Assembly: GCA_050175015.1 (NCBI GenBank)
Contig: JBFXJJ010000003.1
Coordinates: 32,001 to 96,000, forward strand
Length of the DNA: 64,000 bases
Origin: Alphaproteobacteria bacterium
GTDB lineage: Bacteria > Pseudomonadota > Alphaproteobacteria > JBFXJJ01
Direction: 5' to 3'
Each line of letters begins with the position of its first letter. The first letter of the stretch is position 1. Both the position numbers and the translations under genes were made by a program. This document shows positions 54,291 to 64,000 of this stretch, piece after piece. The notes beneath the pieces were generated by a model that saw only the letters and a program-made list of their open reading frames with translations, searched no databases and was not told the DNA's origin.

Positions 54291-54833
54291 ATGACAAACA
54301 AGCAAAAAAAGAAAGCTGATAAAATTACAGAGATATCAAGGGCTCTTCCAAATGTTGCCTTTGCGGCACTTTTAGGTGTGGCATCAGCGATTGCAGCATC
54401 AGATGTAGTTTTAGCGCAAAGTTGCCATTCTTCTGGGGAAAATTTGGTTGATATTGCTAATAGGGCTGCCGCTTTGGCTAAAAGTTCTTTAGCGGTACAA
54501 GTTTTAAAACTTAATGAAAAAAACATTTTAACTGAAAATAGATATCTCGTTGCGAAGTTTGTAGACAAGCCCAAAATGGGAATTTCGGTGTTAAAGCTTA
54601 ATATCTTTGATGAAAATGGCAATAAGCTTTCGAATTATAAAGTTACGGGCTATTCAGATATGCCTTCAATGCGGGGGCATCACGATTCAGGCGAAAACTC
54701 TTTTGGTTTGAATAACAATCAAGACTATTTGCTTCCTGTAAACCTTGTTATGCCAGGAGATTGGGAAGTAATGGTTAAGGTGTTTGACGGCGAAGAGGAA
54801 ATGTATCTTGGTCAGATACTTTTTGATATTTAG
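54291..54833 (+). CDS. Exported YtkA/FixH-like protein with Met/His motif
   Basis: Signal-like N-terminus; DMPSMRGHH and VMPGDWEV; start codon uncertain (54282/54285/54291). Confidence 0.6.
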   Translation: MTNKQKKKADKITEISRALPNVAFAALLGVASAIAASDVVLAQSCHSSGENLVDIANRAAALAKSSLAVQVLKLNEKNILTENRYLVAKFVDKPKMGISVLKLNIFDENGNKLSNYKVTGYSDMPSMRGHHDSGENSFGLNNNQDYLLPVNLVMPGDWEVMVKVFDGEEEMYLGQILFDI

Positions 54834-55824
54834 TTTCTTAAGCGTTTTTTTTACTTCTTTTGAAGCCCAATCCTCCAATCGTATGATCTTCCTAGAAGCT
54901 CAGACGGTTGGGGGATATTCCTCTAAAGAAAGTGAACCAGTTTACTATTCAAATAATAGAAATGATGCTATGCAAAAACCGTCACTAGGTTTTGATTATA
55001 TTGAAAAGTTATCGAATGATTATCAAGATTTAGCAACAATAGCGATACAGGGACGTCTTGCCTATGATAAATCCTACAATAAATGGGAACCTCAACTTTA
55101 TAACGCTTATGTTGAGGCTAAAACCTCAGTTGGCGGAGATCTGTGGCTTGGAAGCAACCGCCCAGCTTTTCTTCTGGGATCTTACTGGGATACTCACGCA
55201 GAGCTTTTACAGCCATTATCAATGGAGGGATTTGGGTTTGGACGAGATTGGGGCGTCGGGTATACGAAATATTTAGATGATGGAGATTTTAAAGCAAGTA
55301 TGACCTCTGGTTCGGGGCAAAGCTTTAGGACAGAAGGAAATTATTTGGCGGCACTTAGATATGGTAAAGGTGTGATTAACTTTGATAATTATAATGTTGG
55401 CTTGTCTTTGGCAAATGGCAGAACACTTAAAACTATGGGGTACCATGTTGAAGACCATAAACCTAAAGATTTTCGTATGATTGGTTTCGATGGTTCTTAT
55501 AATTTTAACAATGTTGAGCAGAAAGCGGAATTTGCATTTGGAGAGAAGCAGGATAAGGCCTCATTAGGGGTGTTGTATCGTTTGACATTAAAATTTTTAG
55601 AAGATGATAAATTGAAGTTAGACTTTCAGCCATCTTATACTAAGAACCATAAAGATTATGATAAAACGTTAAGTTTTGGAACAACATATAAAGTTTCATC
55701 AGAAACGGCTGTAAGGTTTATGTATTCGTACTCTGAAGCTAAAGAAACAATGTTAGGAATGACAGATAAAAGTTCTGATAATGTGATACTTGGTCAAATT
55801 TATTATTATTTTAGATGGAAATAA
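54808..55824 (+). CDS. Exported, probably beta-barrel outer-membrane protein
   Basis: Signal peptide from TTG 54808 (GAGG RBS); alternating beta-strand pattern; aromatic C-terminus QIYYYF. Confidence 0.55.
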   Translation: MVRYFLIFSFLSVFFTSFEAQSSNRMIFLEAQTVGGYSSKESEPVYYSNNRNDAMQKPSLGFDYIEKLSNDYQDLATIAIQGRLAYDKSYNKWEPQLYNAYVEAKTSVGGDLWLGSNRPAFLLGSYWDTHAELLQPLSMEGFGFGRDWGVGYTKYLDDGDFKASMTSGSGQSFRTEGNYLAALRYGKGVINFDNYNVGLSLANGRTLKTMGYHVEDHKPKDFRMIGFDGSYNFNNVEQKAEFAFGEKQDKASLGVLYRLTLKFLEDDKLKLDFQPSYTKNHKDYDKTLSFGTTYKVSSETAVRFMYSYSEAKETMLGMTDKSSDNVILGQIYYYFRWK

Positions 55825-56436
55825 ATGAATAAAAAAATAATTATAATTGCATTAATGATATTTAGTTTTATGGCTAAAAATGTTTTTGCTGCCGTCGGTT
55901 GTGATTTAAGTAACCCTGATCGCGATGTTAAAAAATTTTTTCCGCAGTCGAGTGGGTATAAAACTTCGTATGAATCTGTTGAACAGAATGGAGGAGAAGA
56001 GCTTTTTGCAGAAGTTCAGAAAAGATTTGGAGATAACTTCACGGGTCTTTTTGAGACTATAGATGTTCCTTATTCCGTTTATACCATTTTTCAAGGAAAT
56101 GAAGTTATAGGATATATCCATGGTGTTAATCAAAGAGCAACATATGGTGGTATGCAGGTATTTTTAGCTTTTGATAAGGAAGGTATTATTAAAGATTTCT
56201 ATTTCCAGCGCTTAACTTCTCAAGCGTCTAAAGAACTTAGGTCTAAAGATTTTGCTAATCAGTTCATAGGACTGAGTTTGAAAGATTTCGCGGACTATGA
56301 TGTTAAATCTGGAGTGTTTAAAGGGATATATAATCCAGTTTTAGATGCTCAAGATGATTTTATTGCCGCTCTTAGAGGGGTTAAGAAAAATCTTATTCTT
56401 ATGGATATTTTTGTTTTTAGCAGAGGTAAAAAATAA
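55825..56436 (+). CDS. Exported protein, FMN-binding-domain-like
   Basis: Signal peptide VFA-AVGCDL; YGGMQVFLAFDKEG and FANQFIG resemble the RnfG/FMN_bind fold. Confidence 0.5.
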   Translation: MNKKIIIIALMIFSFMAKNVFAAVGCDLSNPDRDVKKFFPQSSGYKTSYESVEQNGGEELFAEVQKRFGDNFTGLFETIDVPYSVYTIFQGNEVIGYIHGVNQRATYGGMQVFLAFDKEGIIKDFYFQRLTSQASKELRSKDFANQFIGLSLKDFADYDVKSGVFKGIYNPVLDAQDDFIAALRGVKKNLILMDIFVFSRGKK

Positions 56437-56441
56437 TAAAA

Positions 56442-57632
56442 ATGATAAGTATTTACAAAATATCGTTTAAAAATCTTTTGAGGAAAAAGACGAGAACAGC
56501 TCTTACTGTTATTGGCATAGCTATGTCTTCTTGGGTTTTGGTCAGCCTTATGGGCTTTAATAGCGGTTATGAAAAATCTCTTAGCAAAGATATTAAAAAT
56601 ATGGGCTTTCAATTTATATTGACGGCGAAGGGTTGTCCTTATGAAGCGGCAACAATGATGTTAACTGGAGGGACAGGGCTTAAGTATCTTGCCGAGAGTA
56701 TTATGGAAGATATTTCCAATCAGCCTGAAATAGAGGCAACAACGCCAATGCTAATGCATGCAGAGTTTAATCCTTATCAGGGAGATGCCGGCGGAATAAC
56801 GGGATTTTTAGGTGTTGATCCTAAAAGCTTTCCTAGAATGAAGCCTTATCTTGAGTTTTTGCAGGGCGAATGGTTTCAGTCGAATGAAGCTAAAGAAGTT
56901 GTTTTAGGTTATGAAGTTGCGGAATTAGAACAGAGACAGGTTGGAGATAAAATACTAATTCCGACAAGAAATGAAACGCTGGAAGTAGTGGGCATATTAA
57001 AAAGATCTGGGACACAAGATGATGGAACAATTTTTGTTCCGCTTAAAACTGTTCAAAGTATATTTGATAAAAACGATAAACTTACGGGAATAGGAATAAG
57101 ACTTCTGCCCAATGCGAATACAGCGGAATTTGAAGATAAATTATATAAACTGCCTGATGTTCAGGTTGTATCAATGGCACAGGTGCGCAGTACAATCTTA
57201 AGGCTGGTTTCAAGTGCCAAAACAATAGTTTTATCAGTTGCATTAATCGCAGTGATTATTGCTATGTTTGGTGTTGTTAACACTATTTTAATGTCGGTGT
57301 TTGAGCGCTATCAAGAAATAGGCATTCTGAAAAGTATGGGAGCTATGCCGCTTGATATTTTTAAAATGATTTGGGTAGAGACAACAATTCTTTGTGCTAC
57401 AGGGGGGCTGACAGGTGTGATGCTTGCTGCTGGATTAGGAAAGCTTACAGAGATAGCTGTGCGCCATTTCTTACCTTTTGCGCCTCATGGAAGCCTCGTT
57501 GATATTGATTATAAAGTAGCAGGTATAGCGTTTCTTATTATAACGGTTTCAGGAATTGTAAGTGGCTTTTATCCTGCTTGGAGAGCAGCTAGGGTAAGAC
57601 CTCTTGATGCTATAAGGAGTGAAATGCTATGA
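56442..57632 (+). CDS. MacB/FtsX-family ABC permease
   Basis: KNLLRKKTRTALT, SVFERYQEIGILKSMGA, YPAWRAA. Confidence 0.9.
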   Translation: MISIYKISFKNLLRKKTRTALTVIGIAMSSWVLVSLMGFNSGYEKSLSKDIKNMGFQFILTAKGCPYEAATMMLTGGTGLKYLAESIMEDISNQPEIEATTPMLMHAEFNPYQGDAGGITGFLGVDPKSFPRMKPYLEFLQGEWFQSNEAKEVVLGYEVAELEQRQVGDKILIPTRNETLEVVGILKRSGTQDDGTIFVPLKTVQSIFDKNDKLTGIGIRLLPNANTAEFEDKLYKLPDVQVVSMAQVRSTILRLVSSAKTIVLSVALIAVIIAMFGVVNTILMSVFERYQEIGILKSMGAMPLDIFKMIWVETTILCATGGLTGVMLAAGLGKLTEIAVRHFLPFAPHGSLVDIDYKVAGIAFLIITVSGIVSGFYPAWRAARVRPLDAIRSEML

Positions 57633-58315
57633 GTAATTATGTTCTTGAAGCTAAAAATCTCACTAAAATTTATCAAAGAGGTTCTGAGGAGGTGAATGCT
57701 TTAAATGGGGCAAGTTTTAATCTAAAAAAAGGGGAAATTTGTTCTATAGTGGGGCCATCTGGTTCAGGAAAGACGACCTTAGTTAATATTTTGGGGTGTC
57801 TCGATAATCCAACTAGTGGTGAACTTATTTTAGACGGTAATAAAATTTTTGAAAAAGGAAGAAATTTTTCAGAAAAAGATTTAACTAAGGTTAGAAGAAT
57901 TTTTTTTGGTTATGTTTTTCAAAAGTTTTTTCTAATTCCAACGCTAACGGTTTTAGAAAACGTTGCTGTGCCATTGACATTTTCTCAAAAAGATGTTTCT
58001 CAAAATGAGATAATAGATATTTTAAAAATGCTTGGGCTAGAAAAAAGAATGAATCATCTTCCATCTCAATTATCTGGTGGCGAGATGCAAAGAGTTGCAA
58101 TTGCCAGAGCTCTTATTTCAAAACCTTTAATTCTTTTAGCCGATGAGCCAACAGGCAATCTTGATAGCAAAAGAAGCGGGGAACTTAAACAACTGTTTTT
58201 GGAACTAAATAGCAAATATGGTTTGACAATAGTGGTTGTAACTCATGATATTAATTTTGCAGATATTGGTAACAGAGTGATTGAACTTTGTGATGGTAAA
58301 ATTATAAAACAATAA
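57629..58315 (+). CDS. LolD/MacB-type ABC ATPase
   Basis: GPSGSGKT, LSGGEMQRVAIARAL, ADEPTGNLD. Confidence 0.92.
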   Translation: MSNYVLEAKNLTKIYQRGSEEVNALNGASFNLKKGEICSIVGPSGSGKTTLVNILGCLDNPTSGELILDGNKIFEKGRNFSEKDLTKVRRIFFGYVFQKFFLIPTLTVLENVAVPLTFSQKDVSQNEIIDILKMLGLEKRMNHLPSQLSGGEMQRVAIARALISKPLILLADEPTGNLDSKRSGELKQLFLELNSKYGLTIVVVTHDINFADIGNRVIELCDGKIIKQ

Positions 58316-58332
58316 ATTAGGAAGTACTTTCG

Positions 58333-58764
58333 ATGCAAATATCTCAAAAATGTCAATATGCAGTAAGAGCTGTTTTTTATCTGGCCTTAAAAGAATCTAA
58401 TAATCCTATTGCGATTTCTGATATTGCATCACAACAAGATATTCCACAGAGATTTTTAGAAAATATTATGGCCAGTTTAAAAAATATGGGAATAGTTAAA
58501 TCTCTGCGTGGGAAAAGCGGCGGGTATGTTCTTGCGAAAGATACTAAGGAGATAACCGTTGGTGAAATTATTAGTTTTTTTGAAGGCAACTTTGCTCCAG
58601 TTCTTTGTAAAAAAGCAAATAAAGTAGAAGACTGTCCTTTAATAGGCAATTGCCCATTGCCTCAGCTTTGGGGGGAGGCTCAACAAGCTTTAGATAATAT
58701 ATATGGCAAAAAAACTTTTTTTGATTTGGTTGCAGATGCCAGAAAAAAATCAACTAAATTCTAA
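58333..58764 (+). CDS. Rrf2-family regulator with three Cys
   Basis: YAVRA, SLRGKSGGYVLAK, C-x7-C-x5-C. Confidence 0.9.
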   Translation: MQISQKCQYAVRAVFYLALKESNNPIAISDIASQQDIPQRFLENIMASLKNMGIVKSLRGKSGGYVLAKDTKEITVGEIISFFEGNFAPVLCKKANKVEDCPLIGNCPLPQLWGEAQQALDNIYGKKTFFDLVADARKKSTKF

Positions 58765-58847
58765 GGGAAAGGTTTGCCAAAGCCAAAATATCTCTGACGA
58801 ATTGCTGTCACTTTAATCGGTCTTAGAGACACAAAATAAACATTATC

Positions 58848-59366
58848 CTAAATAAAGAATTCTTCAGGATATAAAACAGTACCCGATACGCCTTTGAGAC
58901 CATTGTGAACAAGTTCAATAGCCATAAAACAGTCATCAGGAACATCAAAAGGCGGTTTTATATTCCAGTTGCTTGCGGGCTGGTAGCCAAATTTGGGGTA
59001 ATATCTAGGGTGTCCTAACACGACAACCGAAGAAAAACCTAAATTTTTTGCGATGTTATGCCCTTCTAAGATTAGGCCAGAACCAACGCCCTTATCTTGA
59101 TATTGCGGAATAACGGCAACAGGAGCGAGAGCTAACGATGTTTTTTTATTTATAGTAACTTTTGTAAAAAGAATGTGTCCGATAATCTCATTTTTATTTT
59201 CGGCAACTAAAGATAACTGCGGAATAAAGTTTTTGCTTTCTCTAAGCCGATTAACAAGATTATGTTCATCGCCATCAGAATGTTCAGCTGCTTTGAAGGC
59301 AGATTTGACTACATTATAAACAATGTTAAAATCATTTTTAGTTTCTTGTCTAATAATAAGCTTCAT
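58848..59366 (-). CDS. GNAT acetyltransferase (YhbS-like)
   Basis: LAPVAV, QDKGVGS, VLGHPRYYPKFG. Confidence 0.88.
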   Translation of the reverse strand: MKLIIRQETKNDFNIVYNVVKSAFKAAEHSDGDEHNLVNRLRESKNFIPQLSLVAENKNEIIGHILFTKVTINKKTSLALAPVAVIPQYQDKGVGSGLILEGHNIAKNLGFSSVVVLGHPRYYPKFGYQPASNWNIKPPFDVPDDCFMAIELVHNGLKGVSGTVLYPEEFFI

Positions 59367-59369
59367 AAA

Positions 59370-60482
59370 TTATTCCAGTCTTTTAGTAAAAAACCAACCA
59401 GTTATAATCAGAGTTGTTATACCTATTATAAGCAAAGGATAGGTGTTTGTCCAAACCTCAATAAACGGCATATCTTTTAGAAATAGTCCTTTTATGGTAA
59501 TCAAAAGATGTTTTAAGGGATTAATATAAGTTAATTTTTGCAGCCATAAAGGCATATTTTCAACAGGAGATGCAAAACCTGACAATGTCGTTGCAGGAAC
59601 CATAAAAATAAAAGTTCCAAGAACGCTTTGCTGCTGGGTTTTAGAAATAGAAGATATAAAAAGACCCACACCTACTATAGATAAAATAAAAATTAGTATA
59701 GCAAAAAACAATAAAAACAGGGAGCCTAAAAACGGAATTTTAAAGATGAATACGGAAATGAGCCAAATTAAAAAAGCTTCAACCATACTAACAATTATGG
59801 CTGGTATAGTTTTTCCTATGAGAATTTCATAAGGCATCAAGGGTGAGACAAGAAGCTGTTCAAAGGTGCCGAGTTCTCGTTCTCTTGCAACGGAAAGCGA
59901 GGTAATCATTAAGGCAACCAGCATTGATAATGTTCCCATAAGAGAGGGAACCGTAAACCATATATAAAGCAAATTTTCGTTAAACCAATTTCTTTCAATA
60001 ATGTTTATAGGCTTTATTTGATTTTTAGATATGGGAGAAAGTTCAAGACTGTATTGTTTTATGATCTGCGATAGGTAGCCGTTTACTATTTGAGCGGCAT
60101 TTGATTTGCGACCATCTAAAACAATCTGAATTTTAATTGGTTTTTTATTGCTTATACTGCTGGAAAGATTCTGCGGAATATTAATTGAGGCAATGGCTTT
60201 TTGCTCATCAATTGCTTTTGATGTTTCGCCGAAGTTCGATGCAAAATAAATGTTAGAAAAATTTTTTGAGGCTCTGATTCTGTTGATTATTTCTAGAGAG
60301 TGTTTTCCTATGTCTTGGTTAAAAATAACAATAGAAGTGTTTTTTACTTCCAATGTTGCCGCAAAAGAGAAAATGAACAATTGAATTAAAGGCGGAATAA
60401 CTAGAACTACTCTGGCTTTGGGGTCTCGAAACAGAGTAAGAAGTTCTTTTGTTATCAGAGCTGTTATTCTTTTTGCAATCAT
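59370..60482 (-). CDS. ybhR: ABC-2 permease YbhR-like
   Basis: KELLTLFRD, SVARERELGTFEQLLVSP. Confidence 0.8.
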   Translation of the reverse strand: MIAKRITALITKELLTLFRDPKARVVLVIPPLIQLFIFSFAATLEVKNTSIVIFNQDIGKHSLEIINRIRASKNFSNIYFASNFGETSKAIDEQKAIASINIPQNLSSSISNKKPIKIQIVLDGRKSNAAQIVNGYLSQIIKQYSLELSPISKNQIKPINIIERNWFNENLLYIWFTVPSLMGTLSMLVALMITSLSVARERELGTFEQLLVSPLMPYEILIGKTIPAIIVSMVEAFLIWLISVFIFKIPFLGSLFLLFFAILIFILSIVGVGLFISSISKTQQQSVLGTFIFMVPATTLSGFASPVENMPLWLQKLTYINPLKHLLITIKGLFLKDMPFIEVWTNTYPLLIIGITTLIITGWFFTKRLE

Positions 60483-60484
60483 TG

Positions 60485-61600
60485 TTAATCAAGCCTTTTT
60501 ACGGTTTTTTTGATAGTTAGAAGTATAAAAATCAGTCCAATTAGCGCCATTATAGCGATCAATTGGATAAGCAACGGCGGAACATTTCCAACTAGGAAAA
60601 GAGTCTGTAAGCTGGTTACCAAATAACGAGCGGCGAAAATATGGGTAAAAATTCTAATAGGAAAGGGCATAGAGGCAATTTCAAAAATAAAGCCCGAAAG
60701 CATAAACGCGGGCAAAAATGCCGAAACTAAGGCTAGTTGAGAGGCGACTTGCTGGTTTTTAGCCAACGATGAAATAAGAAGTCCTTGCCCCAGAGCTGAG
60801 ATTAGGAAAACGCTGGTAACAAGCAGTAAAAGCCATAATGAACCTCTAAAAGGCACGTCGTACCAGAAAACCGCAATTCCCCAGCAAATTAAAGCAGAAA
60901 CAGTGCCTAATATAAAATATGGAATTATTTTGCCAAGAACAATAGTTCTAATAGTTACGGGTGTAGCCATTAATGCTTCCATAGTTCCTCGTTCCCATTC
61001 TCGCGCAATTACCAGTGAGGTTAAAAGGGTTCCGATAAGAGTCATAATAATAGCGATTGAACCTGGAATTAGAAAATTTTTGCTTTTTAATTCGGTGTTA
61101 TACCAAAAACGAGAATCTACCGAAATGATTGATGATGATATTGCTTGCCCTCGGTTCTCTAGTTGATGGGTGCGCCAAATTTGAACAATTCCTTGAGTAT
61201 AGTTGTTAACAAAAGAAGCAATATTGGGTTCAGAGCCGTCAGTGATAGTTTGAATTTTTAGCTGTGAGTGATCATCTAGGCTGCGAGCTTTAAAGTCTTG
61301 AGGAATAATAACTATTCCTCTAATCTTTCCTGCAATTAATTTTTTTTCAAAATCTATGCGATTACGACCGATTGTTATATCTAAAAATTTAGAGTTAGAA
61401 AATGCTGAAATTAAGGACATTGTATCAGAATTAGTGTCCTCTAAAACAATGCCTATTTTAATGCGGTTGCTGTCAAGATTTACACCATATCCAAAAATAA
61501 AAAGCAAAATTAATGGCAAAACAAAAGCAATCAGCATAGTGCTTGGATCTCTAATAATCTGAAGCGTTTCTTTTTTTATTAAAGCTTTTAAATGGTTCAT
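60485..61600 (-). CDS. ybhS: ABC-2 permease YbhS-like
   Basis: KETLQIIRDPS, IAREWERGTMEAL; ATG 61600 overlaps the ybhF stop. Confidence 0.82.
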   Translation of the reverse strand: MNHLKALIKKETLQIIRDPSTMLIAFVLPLILLFIFGYGVNLDSNRIKIGIVLEDTNSDTMSLISAFSNSKFLDITIGRNRIDFEKKLIAGKIRGIVIIPQDFKARSLDDHSQLKIQTITDGSEPNIASFVNNYTQGIVQIWRTHQLENRGQAISSSIISVDSRFWYNTELKSKNFLIPGSIAIIMTLIGTLLTSLVIAREWERGTMEALMATPVTIRTIVLGKIIPYFILGTVSALICWGIAVFWYDVPFRGSLWLLLLVTSVFLISALGQGLLISSLAKNQQVASQLALVSAFLPAFMLSGFIFEIASMPFPIRIFTHIFAARYLVTSLQTLFLVGNVPPLLIQLIAIMALIGLIFILLTIKKTVKRLD

Positions 61601-63318
61601 AAGTTTTTTTCCCAATCTTTTGGATTGTTTTGATTAACTAGTCTAATAAAAGCATCTTCTAAGGTTAAGTCGTCATCGTTTTTAAACTTTGCCATATTTT
61701 TAAGTTCATCAGGAGAACCTGTGGCAATATTTTTACCTTGATAAATTAAGCCAATCCGATCGCAGTATTCCGCTTCGTCCATAAAATGCGTTGTAACCAT
61801 AACGGTAACGCCCTTTTCAACCATAGCATTGATATGAAGCCAGAATTCTCTTCTGGTTAAGGGGTCTACTCCAGATGTAGGCTCATCAAGAAACAAGACA
61901 TCAGGTTGGTGCATAACAGCACAAGCAAGAGCTAAACGTTGTTTAAAACCTAAAGGCAGGTCATTAGCGCTGGAGGTTAGATGTTTTTCAAGAGCGAAAA
62001 GGCTTATCATTAAATCTATTTGGTGTTTTTGCCTTGATTTTGACAACCCGTAAAGGCCTGAAAAAAATTGAAGATTTTGCCTAACATTAAGATGACCGTA
62101 AAGAGAAAATTTTTGAGCCATATAACCTATTTTAGAGCGGGCTTTTGACGTTGATGTTTTGAGATCTAAACCCGCAACCAAAGCTTTGCCGCTTGTAGGC
62201 TGCAATAAACCGCACAGCATTTTAAAGGTTGTTGATTTCCCTGCTCCGTTTGGCCCAAGAAGACCAAATATTTCCCCACGTTTTATCTCGAAGCTATTGT
62301 TTTTAACTGCGGTAAAATCACCAAACTTTTTAGTTAGTTGATTGGCATTTATTGCAATAAGATTATCTTTCGGTTTTGAGGGCATTTCTTCAGCTAAATA
62401 AGATTTTTTAATTAGACAGCCGCCTAAAATATCAATGAAAGCGTCTTCAAATTTTGGTTTTGCAGTTCTCCAATTATTATTTTTAAATTGCGATTTTGTT
62501 TGAACCTCTTTTGTTACAACTCTTAATGACTTTCCCTGAATTATGCCGTCAATTACTTCATCGTCTTTAAGAATATCCAGTAAATAAGGTCTTTTTTTCG
62601 AATTTTCGACATCGGTAATTTGCCATACTCGGTTATCAACGCGATTTAAAAGATTTTCAGGACTACCGTCATAGAGTTTTTTGCCATCGTTTAGCAGCAA
62701 AACGCTGTCACATTTTTCGGCTTCATCAAGATAAGCTGTAGACCAAATTACAGCCATTCCATCTGATACCAGCTCTTTGACCATTTTCCATAACTCTCGG
62801 CGTGAAATTGGGTCAACACCAACACTTGGCTCATCAAGGAGCAAAAGCTCTGGTTCACCGATTAAGGCGCAGGCAAGTCCCAGTTTTTGTTTCATTCCTC
62901 CAGACAATTTGCCCGCTAATCGCTTTTGAAACGAAGTCAGTTCGGTAAATTTTAGTAGTTTAGAAAATTTTGCCTCTCTCAAATTTAAAGGAAGATTTCT
63001 TAAATCTGCATATAAATTTAAGTTTTCAATAACCGTTAAGTCTTCATAGAGCCCAAATTTTTGGGGCATATAGCCACTGATATTATGGATTTTACTTGTG
63101 TCTGATACTGCATTAAGGCCTTTTACTAATATCTCGCCATTATCTGAGGTCAATAATCCTATAATTAAGCGAATTAGAGTTGTTTTTCCCGCCCCATCTG
63201 GCCCCACAAGCCCAGTTATTCTTCCAGAAAAAATTTCAGCAGAAATGTTATCGATAGCCGATGTTTGACTTGCGTTAAATTTTTTTGTTATGCTGTCAAT
63301 AATAACAAAAGGTTCCAT
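61597..63318 (-). CDS. ybhF: Dual-domain ABC ATPase YbhF-like
   Basis: GPDGAGKT and GPNGAGKS, LSGGMKQK, LPLGFKQR. Confidence 0.85.
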   Translation of the reverse strand: MEPFVIIDSITKKFNASQTSAIDNISAEIFSGRITGLVGPDGAGKTTLIRLIIGLLTSDNGEILVKGLNAVSDTSKIHNISGYMPQKFGLYEDLTVIENLNLYADLRNLPLNLREAKFSKLLKFTELTSFQKRLAGKLSGGMKQKLGLACALIGEPELLLLDEPSVGVDPISRRELWKMVKELVSDGMAVIWSTAYLDEAEKCDSVLLLNDGKKLYDGSPENLLNRVDNRVWQITDVENSKKRPYLLDILKDDEVIDGIIQGKSLRVVTKEVQTKSQFKNNNWRTAKPKFEDAFIDILGGCLIKKSYLAEEMPSKPKDNLIAINANQLTKKFGDFTAVKNNSFEIKRGEIFGLLGPNGAGKSTTFKMLCGLLQPTSGKALVAGLDLKTSTSKARSKIGYMAQKFSLYGHLNVRQNLQFFSGLYGLSKSRQKHQIDLMISLFALEKHLTSSANDLPLGFKQRLALACAVMHQPDVLFLDEPTSGVDPLTRREFWLHINAMVEKGVTVMVTTHFMDEAEYCDRIGLIYQGKNIATGSPDELKNMAKFKNDDDLTLEDAFIRLVNQNNPKDWEKNL

Positions 63319-63321
63319 TTT

Positions 63322-64000
63322 CTAATCATTTTCTAAATAAATTGTAACAGGCATACCTTGTCTTAGTCCTTTATCAGGAGCATCTACAATTATTCTTAGT
63401 CGATAAACTAAATTTGTTCTAAGCTGGGTTGTTTCAACATTTTTAGGTGTAAATTCTGCTTGAGGAGAGATAAAACCAATTTGTCCTTGATAGTTGTTTC
63501 CAGAATCTGTTTTTATTACGGCCTTCATTCCAGAATAAATTTTTCCTAAATAAGGTTCTTCAATATATGTTCTAATCCATACAGGATTATCTAAAGCCAA
63601 AACCAAAACGGTATCACCCGCACTAACAATCGCTCCTTTCTCTTTAGCTCTTGTCAAAATAATTCCTGAAGAGGGCGAAAGCAATTTGCTGTCTTGATAT
63701 TTGGTTTTTGTTTGTTTTAATGAAGCTTTTACCGTATCCAGCCTAGCTTTAGTCTCATCTCTAAGCGCAAGGGCGTCATCATAATCACCTTGAGAAACCG
63801 CTCCCGTCTTTACTAGTTTTGACCTTCTTTCATAAAGTTTTATAGCATTGTTATAAGACGCTTCAGCTTCAGCGACTTCGGCATTTCTAAGAGACAATTC
63901 ATCTTCAAATGGTTCTTGGTCTAAAACCGCTAAAAGAGAGCCTTCTGAAACAAGATCTCCTTCTTCAACATTGATAGCATCAATTTTACCAGAAACTCTA
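63322..64000 (-). CDS. ybhG: HlyD-family membrane fusion protein YbhG-like (5' truncated by window end)
   Basis: Frame stays open to the window edge (RVSGKIDAINVEEGD); AEFTPKNVET, LRQGMPV. Confidence 0.82.
   Translation of the reverse strand, partial: RVSGKIDAINVEEGDLVSEGSLLAVLDQEPFEDELSLRNAEVAEAEASYNNAIKLYERRSKLVKTGAVSQGDYDDALALRDETKARLDTVKASLKQTKTKYQDSKLLSPSSGIILTRAKEKGAIVSAGDTVLVLALDNPVWIRTYIEEPYLGKIYSGMKAVIKTDSGNNYQGQIGFISPQAEFTPKNVETTQLRTNLVYRLRIIVDAPDKGLRQGMPVTIYLEND

Overview
AT-rich chromosomal window of an alphaproteobacterium (inferred from priA-tal-xerC synteny, an alpha-type LexA box and a sigma54/IHF promoter). Core content: priA (partial), transaldolase, xerC, tRNA-Ser(GGA), metY-metX-metW, a complete branched-chain amino acid superoperon (leader-peptide attenuator, ilvB-ilvH-ilvC-leuA-ilvE-leuC-leuD-cimA-leuB-ilvD), guaA-gpt, tag, yqhD/yqhC, sdaA, fxsA and a ybhGFSR-type exporter. 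Accessory content: (1) downstream of the tRNA, an apparently SOS(LexA)-controlled gene for 2x peptidoglycan-binding + Ntox44-type RNase toxin with an early in-frame stop, followed by a ~750-bp tandem array in which each unit carries a relic of the toxin 3' end plus a convergent, mosaic membrane-protein gene; (2) an NrtR-centred divergent module (SAM-methyltransferase fused to two Nudix-like domains, SPFH protein, NAD-kinase-like protein) with visible operators; (3) two HExxH...EADA metallopeptidase-like genes with basic C-tails, one followed by three mosaic lipoprotein paralogs; (4) a topAI/yjhX gene with an 8-codon uORF that pairs with its RBS; (5) an uncharacterised Rrf2-linked envelope operon. 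All calls come from reading the sequence; no database searches were run.
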